DNA of 32,000 nucleotides, taken from assembly GCF_000012925.1 (NCBI RefSeq), contig NC_007517.1, positions 2,010,001 through 2,042,000 on the forward strand, read 5' to 3'. The notes beneath the pieces were generated by a model, which made no database searches, was not told the origin of the DNA, and saw only the letters and a program-made list of their open reading frames with translations. This document shows positions 24,076 through 32,000 of this stretch, one piece after another. A program made the translations under genes and the position numbers. The DNA comes from Geobacter metallireducens GS-15. Its GTDB lineage: Bacteria; Desulfobacterota; Desulfuromonadia; Geobacterales; Geobacteraceae. The stretch's first letter is position 1. The number at the start of each line of letters is the position of its first letter.

Positions 24076-24828
24076 CTATCCTTCCCCGAGATAGGCTGAT
24101 ATCACTTCCGGATTTTCCTGAATTTCCCGCGGCGTCCCTTGGGCCAGCTTGCGCCCCAGATTGAGAACCACGATGGCGTCGCAGATGTCCATGACGAGTT
24201 CCATGTCATGCTCCACAAGGGCAACGGTGACACCCGATTCCCGGATTTTCTGGATGAGACGCGCCAGCTCAAGGGTTTCCCGGCTGTTGAGGCCTGCGGC
24301 CGGCTCGTCCATGAGAATTACCTTCGGCTCTAGGGCCATTGCCCGGGCGATTTCAAGGAGTCGACCCTTGCCAAAGGGAAGACTCCCCGCCTCATGGTCA
24401 GCCAGGTCGGTGATCCCCGTGAATTCGAGCCAGTGAAGAGCCCGCTCCCGGAACCTTCGCTCTTCGGCCACCTGCCAGGGAAGCCTGAGAGACGAAGCGA
24501 TGATGCCACTCTTCCCTTTCGTGTGGAGACCGACCATCACATTCTCCAGCACCGTCATCCTGCCGAAGAGCTCGATATTCTGGAAGGTACGGACCATGCC
24601 GAGGGAAGCCAGCCGTTCCGGCGTGAAACGGGTCACGTTCTTTCCCTGCAGATGCACCGTACCGCAGGTTGGCGTATAGATGCCGGTCACAATATTGAAG
24701 AGCGTGGTTTTCCCGGCGCCGTTGGGACCGATGATGCCGGTGATGGCCCCATCCGCCACCCGGAAGGAGACATCTTCGAGGGCGGTGACCCCACCAAAAC
24801 GTTGCGTGATTCCCTGAACCTCAAGCAT
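24076..24828 (-). CDS. livG: branched-chain amino acid ABC transporter ATP-binding protein (LivG type)
   Basis: GPNGAGKTT, LPFGKGRLLEIARA and ILMDEPAAG. ATG 24828 overlaps the livM stop (ATGCTTGA). Confidence 0.9.
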   Translation of the reverse strand: MLEVQGITQRFGGVTALEDVSFRVADGAITGIIGPNGAGKTTLFNIVTGIYTPTCGTVHLQGKNVTRFTPERLASLGMVRTFQNIELFGRMTVLENVMVGLHTKGKSGIIASSLRLPWQVAEERRFRERALHWLEFTGITDLADHEAGSLPFGKGRLLEIARAMALEPKVILMDEPAAGLNSRETLELARLIQKIRESGVTVALVEHDMELVMDICDAIVVLNLGRKLAQGTPREIQENPEVISAYLGEG

Positions 24829-25807
24829 CGGCCTTGCTCCCTGCCCCGGCCCGCGAGACGATCTGGCCCACGAGCGCCGGAATCCCCCGGACAAGGCCGC
24901 CGGGCATAAACAGGGTCATGAAGATGAGCAGAAGGCCGTAGACCACGATGTCGTAATCCTGAAACGCCCTGAGAATCTCGGGCAGGAATGTCAGGAGCGC
25001 TGCGCCGAGGAACGAGCCGTAGATGCTCCCGAGTCCGCCGATGATTACCATGGTCACCAGTTCCACCGAAAAATTGAAACCAAAGGAGGTGGGGGAGACA
25101 AAGGTCATGGTGTGGGCGTAAAGGCTGCCTGCTATGGAAGAAATTACCGCCGACAGGGCAAAAATCTGTACCTTGAGAAACCGTACGTTCACCCCCATCA
25201 CCCGTGCAGCCACCTCGGAATCGTGGATCGCCTTCAATCCCCTCCCGATGCGGGAATTGACCAGATTGAGCGACAGGAGGATCGTCACCAGCGTCATCCC
25301 CCAGATGAGGTAGTAATTCTTGAAATCCGTGTCGAAGGAAAATCCACCAAGGGAGAGATTCGGAATTCCCGAAAACCCGGAAGGGCCACCTGTCAACTCA
25401 ACCGCCTCGTTGAAAGCGATGTACACGATAATGCCGAAGCCAAGGGTTGCCATGGCCAGGTAGTGCCCTTTGAGCTTCAGGATCGGGAACCCGATGATGA
25501 AGGCAAGGGTGCCCACGGCAGCAGCCACAACCGCCATGGCAAGCCAGGGGTTCTGGCCATGGGTTGCGGTCAGTATCCCCGAAGCATAGGCGCCGAGCCC
25601 GAAAAAGGCGGCATGCCCCAGGGAAATCTGCCCCGCGTACCCAAGAAGCAGGTTCAACGCCACGGCAAGGAGGGTGTGGATCCCTACAAAGACAAAAACG
25701 TTGAGGAGATACCCTCCCTTGAACGCCAAGGGAAGGAAGAGGATCAGGATGGTGAACAGGATGAACTTCACCATTTCATGTTTCAGGAATGATCTCAATT
25801 TCGTCAT
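24821..25807 (-). CDS. livM: branched-chain amino acid ABC transporter permease (LivM type)
   Basis: Polytopic; LLGYAGQISLGHAAFFGLGAY signature. Confidence 0.9.
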   Translation of the reverse strand: MTKLRSFLKHEMVKFILFTILILFLPLAFKGGYLLNVFVFVGIHTLLAVALNLLLGYAGQISLGHAAFFGLGAYASGILTATHGQNPWLAMAVVAAAVGTLAFIIGFPILKLKGHYLAMATLGFGIIVYIAFNEAVELTGGPSGFSGIPNLSLGGFSFDTDFKNYYLIWGMTLVTILLSLNLVNSRIGRGLKAIHDSEVAARVMGVNVRFLKVQIFALSAVISSIAGSLYAHTMTFVSPTSFGFNFSVELVTMVIIGGLGSIYGSFLGAALLTFLPEILRAFQDYDIVVYGLLLIFMTLFMPGGLVRGIPALVGQIVSRAGAGSKADA

Positions 25808-25825
25808 AACAAGAGCCCGTGTTTG

Positions 25826-26710
25826 TTAAACCCGCTCCGTATCGCCTTTTGAGAAGAGCCCATGGGGACGGATGAAGAGGATAATGAGCAGAATGATGAA
25901 GGCGATGGCATCCTTGTAGCCGGACGAGAAAATGCCGGCGCCGAGGGATTCAAGAATTCCGAGGATCACACCGCCGAATACGGTGCCGAGTCCGCTGCTC
26001 ATTCCTCCGATGATGGCGGCACAAAATCCCTTGAGGCCCAGCATCACGCCGACATCGTAGGAGGTCATGGTGAGGGGGGCGATGATGATGCCGGCCATGG
26101 AGCCCATGGCGGAGCTGATGGCGAAGGAGAAAAGCACCATGCGCCTGACGTCAATTCCCACGAGCCCCGCGGCGCGGCTGTTGTACGCACAGGCCCGCAT
26201 GGCCTTGCCGCTGATAGTGTAGTTGAAATAGAGCTTGCTGCAGATGATGACAACCGTCGTCACGGCGAAAATCCAGAGATGCTGCGGCAGGATCGTCGCC
26301 TCCCCCAGTTGGATCGGCTCGTTGCCGGAAAAGGTTTCGAGCGCATGGGTATCCTTCCCCCAGACGAGCATGGCGATTCCCCGGATGAGGATGCTCCCGC
26401 CGACGGTGATGATGACCAGGCTGATGGGGGAAGCGTTCTTCATGGGACGTATGGCGAGCCGCTCGAAGGCAACCCCCGCAATGGTTGATGCGGCTATTGC
26501 CAAAATTACCGAGACCAGAAGCGGCAGATTGAGAACCGTGAGAAAGAACACCGTGAACATGCCCCCCAACATCACGAATTCACCCTGGGCAAAATTTATG
26601 ATGCCGGTGGCATTGTGGATAATGGCGAAGCCGACGCCGATAAGGGCGTAGATGGCTCCCGTCGACAGGCCTGAAAGAAGGTACTGCGCTATCTGCTGAC
26701 CGATATGCAT
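25826..26710 (-). CDS. livH: branched-chain amino acid ABC transporter permease (LivH type)
   Basis: Polytopic; GIINFAQGEFVMLG signature. Confidence 0.9.
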   Translation of the reverse strand: MHIGQQIAQYLLSGLSTGAIYALIGVGFAIIHNATGIINFAQGEFVMLGGMFTVFFLTVLNLPLLVSVILAIAASTIAGVAFERLAIRPMKNASPISLVIITVGGSILIRGIAMLVWGKDTHALETFSGNEPIQLGEATILPQHLWIFAVTTVVIICSKLYFNYTISGKAMRACAYNSRAAGLVGIDVRRMVLFSFAISSAMGSMAGIIIAPLTMTSYDVGVMLGLKGFCAAIIGGMSSGLGTVFGGVILGILESLGAGIFSSGYKDAIAFIILLIILFIRPHGLFSKGDTERV

Positions 26711-26734
26711 AGATTATGTGTCTGGCTCACAAGG

Positions 26735-26767
26735 AGGGAGCGCAGACCGACAAAGCCTGCGCTCCCT
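26735..26767 (-). other. intercistronic stem-loop between the binding-protein and permease genes
   Basis: AGGGAGCGCAG-11 nt-CTGCGCTCCCT, a perfect 11-bp stem with no clear U tract. Confidence 0.4.
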
Positions 26768-26800
26768 TGATTGGTTGAAGGTCCATGTATGATTAAGCGG

Positions 26801-27949
26801 TTACTTGACCAGGGCGAAATCTTGTTTTCTTATCTCCACAAGGACGAAAGCGTCCTTGGTGAGTCCCGCGTGATCGGAAGGAGAGTAGCTGAAAACACCG
26901 CCGATGCCGGCAAAGCCCCGCGTCCGTTCCAGCTGGTCCCGTATGGCTGCCGGATTTTCGCCGCCACGCTCGATAGCGCCTTTGAGAAGCATGATCGCAT
27001 CCCAGGCATGGCCGCCAAAGTGGTCACCCTCCGCCTTGTAGTGCTTCTGGTAATCCTTCACGAAGGCAAGAAGGGACTTTTTCTGACGGTCTGAATTGGG
27101 AAGCAGATCGGCCACGATAACTCGTCCGGACGGGAGAAGGATTCCTTCGGCAGCACCTCCGGCAAGACCGATGAACTTCTTGGAGGAAACGCCGTGGCTC
27201 ATGTAGAGGGGAAGCTTCAGGCCAAGCTGCTTGGCGTTGCGGGCAACCACTGCCGGCCCCGGATTGGTGCCCCAGCAGATGACGGCCTGGGCGCCGCTCC
27301 CCTTGATTTTGGTAAGCTGGGCTGTCATGTCGGTATCCTTCGGGCCATAGGTGTCGTCAGACACGATCCTGATCCCGTAGGCCGATGCCTGCGCCTTCAG
27401 CTGCTCGCGTCCCGACGAACCGAAACCGTCGGAAACGGTGAGGATAGCAATCTTTGATATTTTTTTCCTCTTCAGATCCCCATAGATTCTCGCCACGGCG
27501 AGGCCATCATTCTGAGCGGTCTTGAAAATCCACTTTTTGACCGGCTCGGTGATTTTGCTTCCGGCGGCACAGGAAATCATCGGAATTCTTGCCCGTTCCA
27601 CAACCGGAATGACGGCCATGGTGTCACCAGTGGTGCTGGGGCCTATGATTGCGGCAACCTTGTCCTCTTTGATGAGGCGGTTGGCAGCCTGCACCGCCTT
27701 GGTGGCATCCCCTTGCGTGTCGTAGGCGATCAGTTCAAGCTTGCGACCTTTGACGCCACCGGCAGCATTGATCCCGTTCACCACCATCTGGGCGGTGTTG
27801 CGCTCAGGCTCGCCAAGGAACGATGCAGGACCAGTCACAGCGAAGAGCCCGCCGATCTTGATGGGGGGAGCCGCAAGGGCGCTTCCGGCCAGAAGAGCCA
27901 GCGACACGACAAACGTCAGTATGAAAGAACTTTTCTTCAGCATGGACAA
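26801..27949 (-). CDS. ABC transporter periplasmic substrate-binding protein (Leu/Ile/Val-binding family)
   Basis: Signal peptide MSMLKKSSFILTFVVSLALLAGSALA. Type I PBP text IKIGGLFAVTGPASFLGEP. Confidence 0.9.
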   Translation of the reverse strand: MSMLKKSSFILTFVVSLALLAGSALAAPPIKIGGLFAVTGPASFLGEPERNTAQMVVNGINAAGGVKGRKLELIAYDTQGDATKAVQAANRLIKEDKVAAIIGPSTTGDTMAVIPVVERARIPMISCAAGSKITEPVKKWIFKTAQNDGLAVARIYGDLKRKKISKIAILTVSDGFGSSGREQLKAQASAYGIRIVSDDTYGPKDTDMTAQLTKIKGSGAQAVICWGTNPGPAVVARNAKQLGLKLPLYMSHGVSSKKFIGLAGGAAEGILLPSGRVIVADLLPNSDRQKKSLLAFVKDYQKHYKAEGDHFGGHAWDAIMLLKGAIERGGENPAAIRDQLERTRGFAGIGGVFSYSPSDHAGLTKDAFVLVEIRKQDFALVK

Positions 27950-28019
27950 CCTCCCCGTTGATTACTTCACCAACTCCCAGTCTCCCCTGATGATCCCCGC
28001 GGCTCTCCCAGCGTAGCGA

Positions 28020-28451
28020 TCACATGGCGTAGAGCCGGGCGCCCTTGAGAACAGTGAATCCATTTCCCGTGAGGGTACTGATTGCTTTTGCGGTCTCGTC
28101 GAAACGGAAGATGATGACGGCATTCTCACCGCACCGCTCCACAAAGGCGTACATGTATTCCACGTTGATCTGATCGCGGTCCAGTGCCTGAAGGATCTGG
28201 GAGAGGCCGCCGGGACGGTCGGGGACCTCGACGGCCACCACCTCGGTCTTGCTGACGGTAAAGCCCCTTTCCTTCAGGACCTGCTTCGCTGTTTCCCGGT
28301 CATTGACGATGAGGCGCAGAATGCCGAAGTCAGAGGTGTCAGCCAGGGAGAGTGCACGGATATTTACCCCCGCGTCGCCAAGGACCTTGGTGATTTCAGC
28401 AAGACGGCCGGACTTGTTTTCAATAAAAATTGAGATCTGCTCAACGTTCAT
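28020..28451 (-). CDS. tandem ACT-domain protein
   Basis: 143 aa. [34 protein letters not shown] and [20 protein letters not shown] are two ACT repeats. Confidence 0.85.
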   Translation of the reverse strand: MNVEQISIFIENKSGRLAEITKVLGDAGVNIRALSLADTSDFGILRLIVNDRETAKQVLKERGFTVSKTEVVAVEVPDRPGGLSQILQALDRDQINVEYMYAFVERCGENAVIIFRFDETAKAISTLTGNGFTVLKGARLYAM

Positions 28452-28525
28452 TCCATCCTCCTCGCAGGGTCAGGCCTGCTCGCTCTCCTTGTTTTGGACG
28501 CGGCACGAGTGTGCCCCGGCGGGCA

Positions 28526-29833
28526 TCAGCTGCTTTTCCGATTGTCGATGACCCGCTTCGCCTTGCCTTCACTCCGGGTTATGGTCTGGGGTTCCACAAG
28601 ACGGACCCGGCATGATATGCCAAGAATGTCCTTTATCTCCTTTTCGACCCGTTGGGACAGGGACTGGAGCACCTTGATCTCATCGGAGAAGAGCCGTTCG
28701 TCCACTTCCACCTGAACCTCAAGGGAATCCAGGTTATCCTTGCGGTCGACAATGAGAACATAGTGGGGTTCGACCCCCTCGATTCCCATGAGGATTGACT
28801 CAATCTGCGACGGGAACACGTTGACTCCGCGGATAATGAGCATGTCATCGCTTCTGCCGGTCATACGGGTAAGGCGGGCGTGGGTCCTGCCGCAGGCACA
28901 CGGCTCGTACGTGAGGCTTGTGATGTCGCGGGTACGGTACCGGATGAGGGGGATCCCCTCCTTGGTGATAGTGGTGATGACCAGTTCGCCTCGCTCCCCT
29001 TCCGGAAGAACCTCACCGGTCTCGGGATTGATGATTTCGGGGATGAAGTGGTCTTCCCAGATGTGGAGCCCCTTCTTCGCCTCGCAGCATTCGATGGCCA
29101 CACCCGGCCCCATTATTTCCGACAGGCCGTAGATGTCGATGGCGCAGAGGTTCAGCTTCTCCTCAATCTCGCTCCGCATCGCCTCTGACCACGGTTCTGC
29201 CCCGAAGATACCGACGCGGAGCTTCAACTCGCGGAAATCCACTCCTTCCTCCCGTGCGGCCTCGGACATGAAGAGCGAATATGACGGGGTGCAGGTGAGG
29301 ACCGTGGAACCGAAATCCTTCATGATTAAAATCTGCTTCTTGGTGTTCCCCCCCGACATGGGGATGACTGAAGCGCCGAGCTTCTCCGCGCCATAGTGGG
29401 CGCCAAGGCCGCCGGTGAAGAGGCCGTAGCCGTAGGAGTTATGGATGATGTCCCCCCGGTGGACCCCGGCGGCGGCGTAGGAGCGGGCCATGAGCTCGGA
29501 CCAGGTATCGATGTCCTTGCGGGTGTAGCCGACCACGGTCGGCTTACCGGTGGTGCCGGAGGAAGCATGGATGCGGACAATCTCCTCCATGGGCGCCGCA
29601 AAGAGGCCATAGGGGTAGCTGTCGCGCATGTTCTGCTTTAGGGTGAAGGGGAGCCGTTGCAGATCGGCCAGGGACTTGACACTGTCGGGGGTGATGCCGG
29701 CCCGGTCAAAGCTCTGCCGGTAGAAGGGAACCGATGTGCAAACCCGGGCTACAGTGGCCTGAAGCCGTTTGAGCTGCAGGGCCTCCAGGGCTTGGCGGGG
29801 AAGCGTCTCGAACTCTTCATTGTAATAGCTCAT
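28526..29833 (-). CDS. paaK: phenylacetate-CoA ligase family protein (second close paralog)
   Basis: [19 protein letters not shown] and YRTRD; 435 aa; about 60% identical by eye to 22014-23315. Confidence 0.9.
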   Translation of the reverse strand: MSYYNEEFETLPRQALEALQLKRLQATVARVCTSVPFYRQSFDRAGITPDSVKSLADLQRLPFTLKQNMRDSYPYGLFAAPMEEIVRIHASSGTTGKPTVVGYTRKDIDTWSELMARSYAAAGVHRGDIIHNSYGYGLFTGGLGAHYGAEKLGASVIPMSGGNTKKQILIMKDFGSTVLTCTPSYSLFMSEAAREEGVDFRELKLRVGIFGAEPWSEAMRSEIEEKLNLCAIDIYGLSEIMGPGVAIECCEAKKGLHIWEDHFIPEIINPETGEVLPEGERGELVITTITKEGIPLIRYRTRDITSLTYEPCACGRTHARLTRMTGRSDDMLIIRGVNVFPSQIESILMGIEGVEPHYVLIVDRKDNLDSLEVQVEVDERLFSDEIKVLQSLSQRVEKEIKDILGISCRVRLVEPQTITRSEGKAKRVIDNRKSS

Positions 29834-29851
29834 CGTGAACTCCTTACCCGA

Positions 29852-30430
29852 TCAAAGACTCCGGCCCAGTTGGAACGCAACATGGTTAACTTTGAGGGCC
29901 TTCGGTGGAATCATCTTTTCCAGGGCCTTGATCCAACATTCATCGGGAATGTCGAGCCGCTTCGACACAGCCCCGAGAAGCACCGTATTGGCTGCACGGA
30001 CATTTCCCGCCTCGGCGGCCAGCTTCTGGCCGTCAACCAGGAGTGAATCGGGGAACATGGCCGCGATCTTGCCGGGAAGGTCGTCCGGATAGGTCTCCTG
30101 CCCAAGGAGAACCGATGGCGGTGGAATGCGCAGGTCGTTGGCAATCACTGTCCCACCGTTTTTCATGAGGGGAAGTGAGCGGTAGGTTTCCAGTATCTCG
30201 AAGCCGAAAAGAATATCCCCTTCACCTTCGGGAATGATGGGGGAGTGAACTTCCCGGCCGTAACGGACGTGGGATACGACGCTCCCTCCCCGCTGGGACA
30301 TGCCGTGGATCTCGCTTTTCTTTACGTCGTAACCGGCCTGCATGAAGGTCTCCGAAAGAACCTCCGAGGCGAGCAGAATCCCCTGCCCACCCACGCCGAC
30401 AAGGAGGATGTTGGTGATGGTGTCGCTCAT
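29852..30430 (-). CDS. iorB: indolepyruvate:ferredoxin oxidoreductase beta subunit
   Basis: ILLVGVGGQGILLAS...MSQRGGSV. ATGA overlap with the iorA stop. Trimmed from the track ORF, giving 192 aa. Confidence 0.9.
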   Translation of the reverse strand: MSDTITNILLVGVGGQGILLASEVLSETFMQAGYDVKKSEIHGMSQRGGSVVSHVRYGREVHSPIIPEGEGDILFGFEILETYRSLPLMKNGGTVIANDLRIPPPSVLLGQETYPDDLPGKIAAMFPDSLLVDGQKLAAEAGNVRAANTVLLGAVSKRLDIPDECWIKALEKMIPPKALKVNHVAFQLGRSL

Positions 30431-32000
30431 TTGGCACTCCCGATCGCGTTGAATTTGCAAAGCTGTCGGCAGACGTCGCATCCGTTGCAGAGCAGCGGGT
30501 CGATGTATGCCTTCCCCTTCTTCCCGTCAGGGGCTGGCTGCCACTCGATGGCCGGACAGCCGATCTTGAGGCATGCTTTGCAGCCGGTGCAGTGATCCTG
30601 GTCAATCGAGAGGAGAAGCCCTTTTTTGAATACCCCTTCACGCTTCACCAGCACACAGGGACGGTTGGTTATGATGACTGACGGCTCGGGGCGTTCCATC
30701 TCCTCATTGAGCGCTGCACGGGTTTCTTCCAGGTTCAAGGGGTCGACCACCCGCACGTGCCTGATACCGACGGCCTTGCAGAGTTGCACAAGATCGACGG
30801 CGTTGGTCTCGCCGCCCGACAGGGTCCAGCCGGAGGCGGGGTTATCCTGGCGTCCGGTCATGGCGGTTATCCGGTTGTCGAGGAGCACGACCGTGGCGGG
30901 AGACTGATTGTAGGCCATCTCCATGAGACTGTTTATGCCGGTATGAAGGAAGGTGGAGTCGCCAATGACCGCCACCACTTTCTTCTTTTCTTCGGGGGAA
31001 AGGACCCGGACCATGCCGCTGGCGCTGCTTATGCTCGCACCCATGCAGACACAGGTATCCATGGCGTTGAGGGGGGGCATGAAGCCGAGGGTGTAGCAGC
31101 CGATATCGCCGGTGACGTATGCCTTGAGCTGGCTGAGGCTGTAAAAGACCCCCCGGTGGGGACAGCCGGGGCACATGTTGGGAGGACGACCCGGGAGCTT
31201 TTCAACGGTGGTCTGGCTTGCGTCAGGGAGGTTGAATGCCTTGCGGAGCCTTCCGGGGGTGAGCTCCCCGCAACGGGAGATGATCTCCTTGCCGATGACT
31301 GCGATGCCGGCGGCTTTCACCTGCTCCTCGATAAAGGGATCAAGCTCTTCGACAACGTACAGCTTCTTCACCTTGGCGGCAAACTCCTTAATGAGCGCCA
31401 TGGGGAGCGGATGGACCATGCCGAGTTTGAGGACCGACGCGGTGGGGAGCACCTCGCGCACATACTGGTACGAAACGCCGGCAGTGATGATGCCGATCTC
31501 GGTGTCACGCATCTCAATCCGGTTGAGGGTTGCCGTGGCGCCATACTCGGCAAGCTTCACGAGCCGCTCCTCCACGAACGGGTGACGGATCTTGGCGTTG
31601 CCGGGAAGCATGACGAGCTTGGAGGGGTTCTTTACGAGCTTCGGGGTCGGGAGACCGGCCACCGGTTCCGCCAGTTCAACGATGGATTTCCCGTGGGAAA
31701 TGCGGGTGCAGCTGCGGAGCATCACCGGGGTATCGAACTGCTCGGATAGTTCAAAGGCGATCCGGGTGAACTCCTTGCACTCCTGGGAGTCAGACGGCTC
31801 CAGCATCGGCACCTTGGCGAACTTGGCATAATTGCGGCTGTCCTGCTCGTTCTGGGACGAATGCATCTCCGGGTCGTCGGCAACCACCAGGACAAATCCC
31901 CCCCCGACGCCGGTATAGGACAGGGTGAACAGGGGATCGGCCGCCACGTTGACCCCCACGTGCTTCATGCACGCGATGGCCCGTCCGCCGCCAAAGGAGG
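30427..32000 (-). CDS. iorA: indolepyruvate:ferredoxin oxidoreductase alpha subunit (N-terminus beyond the right edge)
   Basis: The frame stays open upstream of the track's M (..GGGRAIACMKHVGVNV..). TPP-binding GDIGCYTLG...GDSTFLHTG. C-terminal CTGCKACLKIGCPAI...CNGCDVCRQLC ferredoxin domain. Confidence 0.9.
   Translation of the reverse strand, partial: SFGGGRAIACMKHVGVNVAADPLFTLSYTGVGGGFVLVVADDPEMHSSQNEQDSRNYAKFAKVPMLEPSDSQECKEFTRIAFELSEQFDTPVMLRSCTRISHGKSIVELAEPVAGLPTPKLVKNPSKLVMLPGNAKIRHPFVEERLVKLAEYGATATLNRIEMRDTEIGIITAGVSYQYVREVLPTASVLKLGMVHPLPMALIKEFAAKVKKLYVVEELDPFIEEQVKAAGIAVIGKEIISRCGELTPGRLRKAFNLPDASQTTVEKLPGRPPNMCPGCPHRGVFYSLSQLKAYVTGDIGCYTLGFMPPLNAMDTCVCMGASISSASGMVRVLSPEEKKKVVAVIGDSTFLHTGINSLMEMAYNQSPATVVLLDNRITAMTGRQDNPASGWTLSGGETNAVDLVQLCKAVGIRHVRVVDPLNLEETRAALNEEMERPEPSVIITNRPCVLVKREGVFKKGLLLSIDQDHCTGCKACLKIGCPAIEWQPAPDGKKGKAYIDPLLCNGCDVCRQLCKFNAIGSAK

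Noticed and set aside
25112-26488. 226-aa and 208-aa plus-strand ORFs opposite livM and livH
   Set aside because: They are antisense to polytopic permease genes. They give highly charged Asp/Gly/His-rich translations with no homology features.
30757-31749. 330-aa plus-strand ORF opposite iorA
   Set aside because: It is antisense to a well-supported TPP-enzyme gene, with Gly/Ala/His-rich composition and no recognisable domain.
1-32000. tRNA, rRNA, integrase or att sites that would delimit a genomic island
   Set aside because: The intergenic regions were scanned by eye and none were recognised. The left boundary of the accessory islet probably lies outside the window.

Overview
High-GC (about 60% by eye) chromosome segment whose gene content looks Geobacter/Desulfuromonadales-like; that assignment is inference, not a search result. 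There are four blocks.
(1) 1-4.25 kb is a decayed accessory/defence islet. It holds the end of a TPR gene and an HNH_2-type endonuclease gene whose middle is replaced by about 1.3 kb carrying an unknown 429-aa ORF. It also holds an intact membrane-anchored Mrr-type nuclease with topoisomerase zinc fingers, and a truncated RhuM gene fused to a PAS-domain remnant.
(2) 4.3-13.6 kb is the most interesting part. Two divergent operons flank an intergenic region with two tandem, roughly 95% identical Moco/Tuco-riboswitch-like elements, each with its own terminator. Leftward lie a C_GCAxxG_C_C protein and a PaaK-like adenylating ligase. Rightward lie a 5' remnant of an AOR gene, a full BamB-like tungsten AOR, a BamC-like ferredoxin, MoeA, a small Zn-ribbon protein, a SAM methyltransferase and a radical SAM enzyme with an N-terminal Zn ribbon. 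I read this as a cofactor-sensed, uncharacterised pterin-cofactor maturation/tailoring system.
(3) 14.4-20.2 kb is a six-gene Alternative-Complex-III-like operon with a split ActB, whose catalytic-type subunit keeps an intact FS0 cysteine motif.
(4) 20.4-32 kb is one long minus-strand array: iorA (partial), iorB, paaK, ACT, livKHMGF-type ABC transporter, a second paaK, parvulin, SseB-like, an iron-sulfur flavoprotein and an unannotated 54-aa Zn-ribbon ORF.
No rRNA, tRNA, CRISPR, transposase or integrase was seen. All homology statements are motif recognition by eye and memory; none was verified by search.
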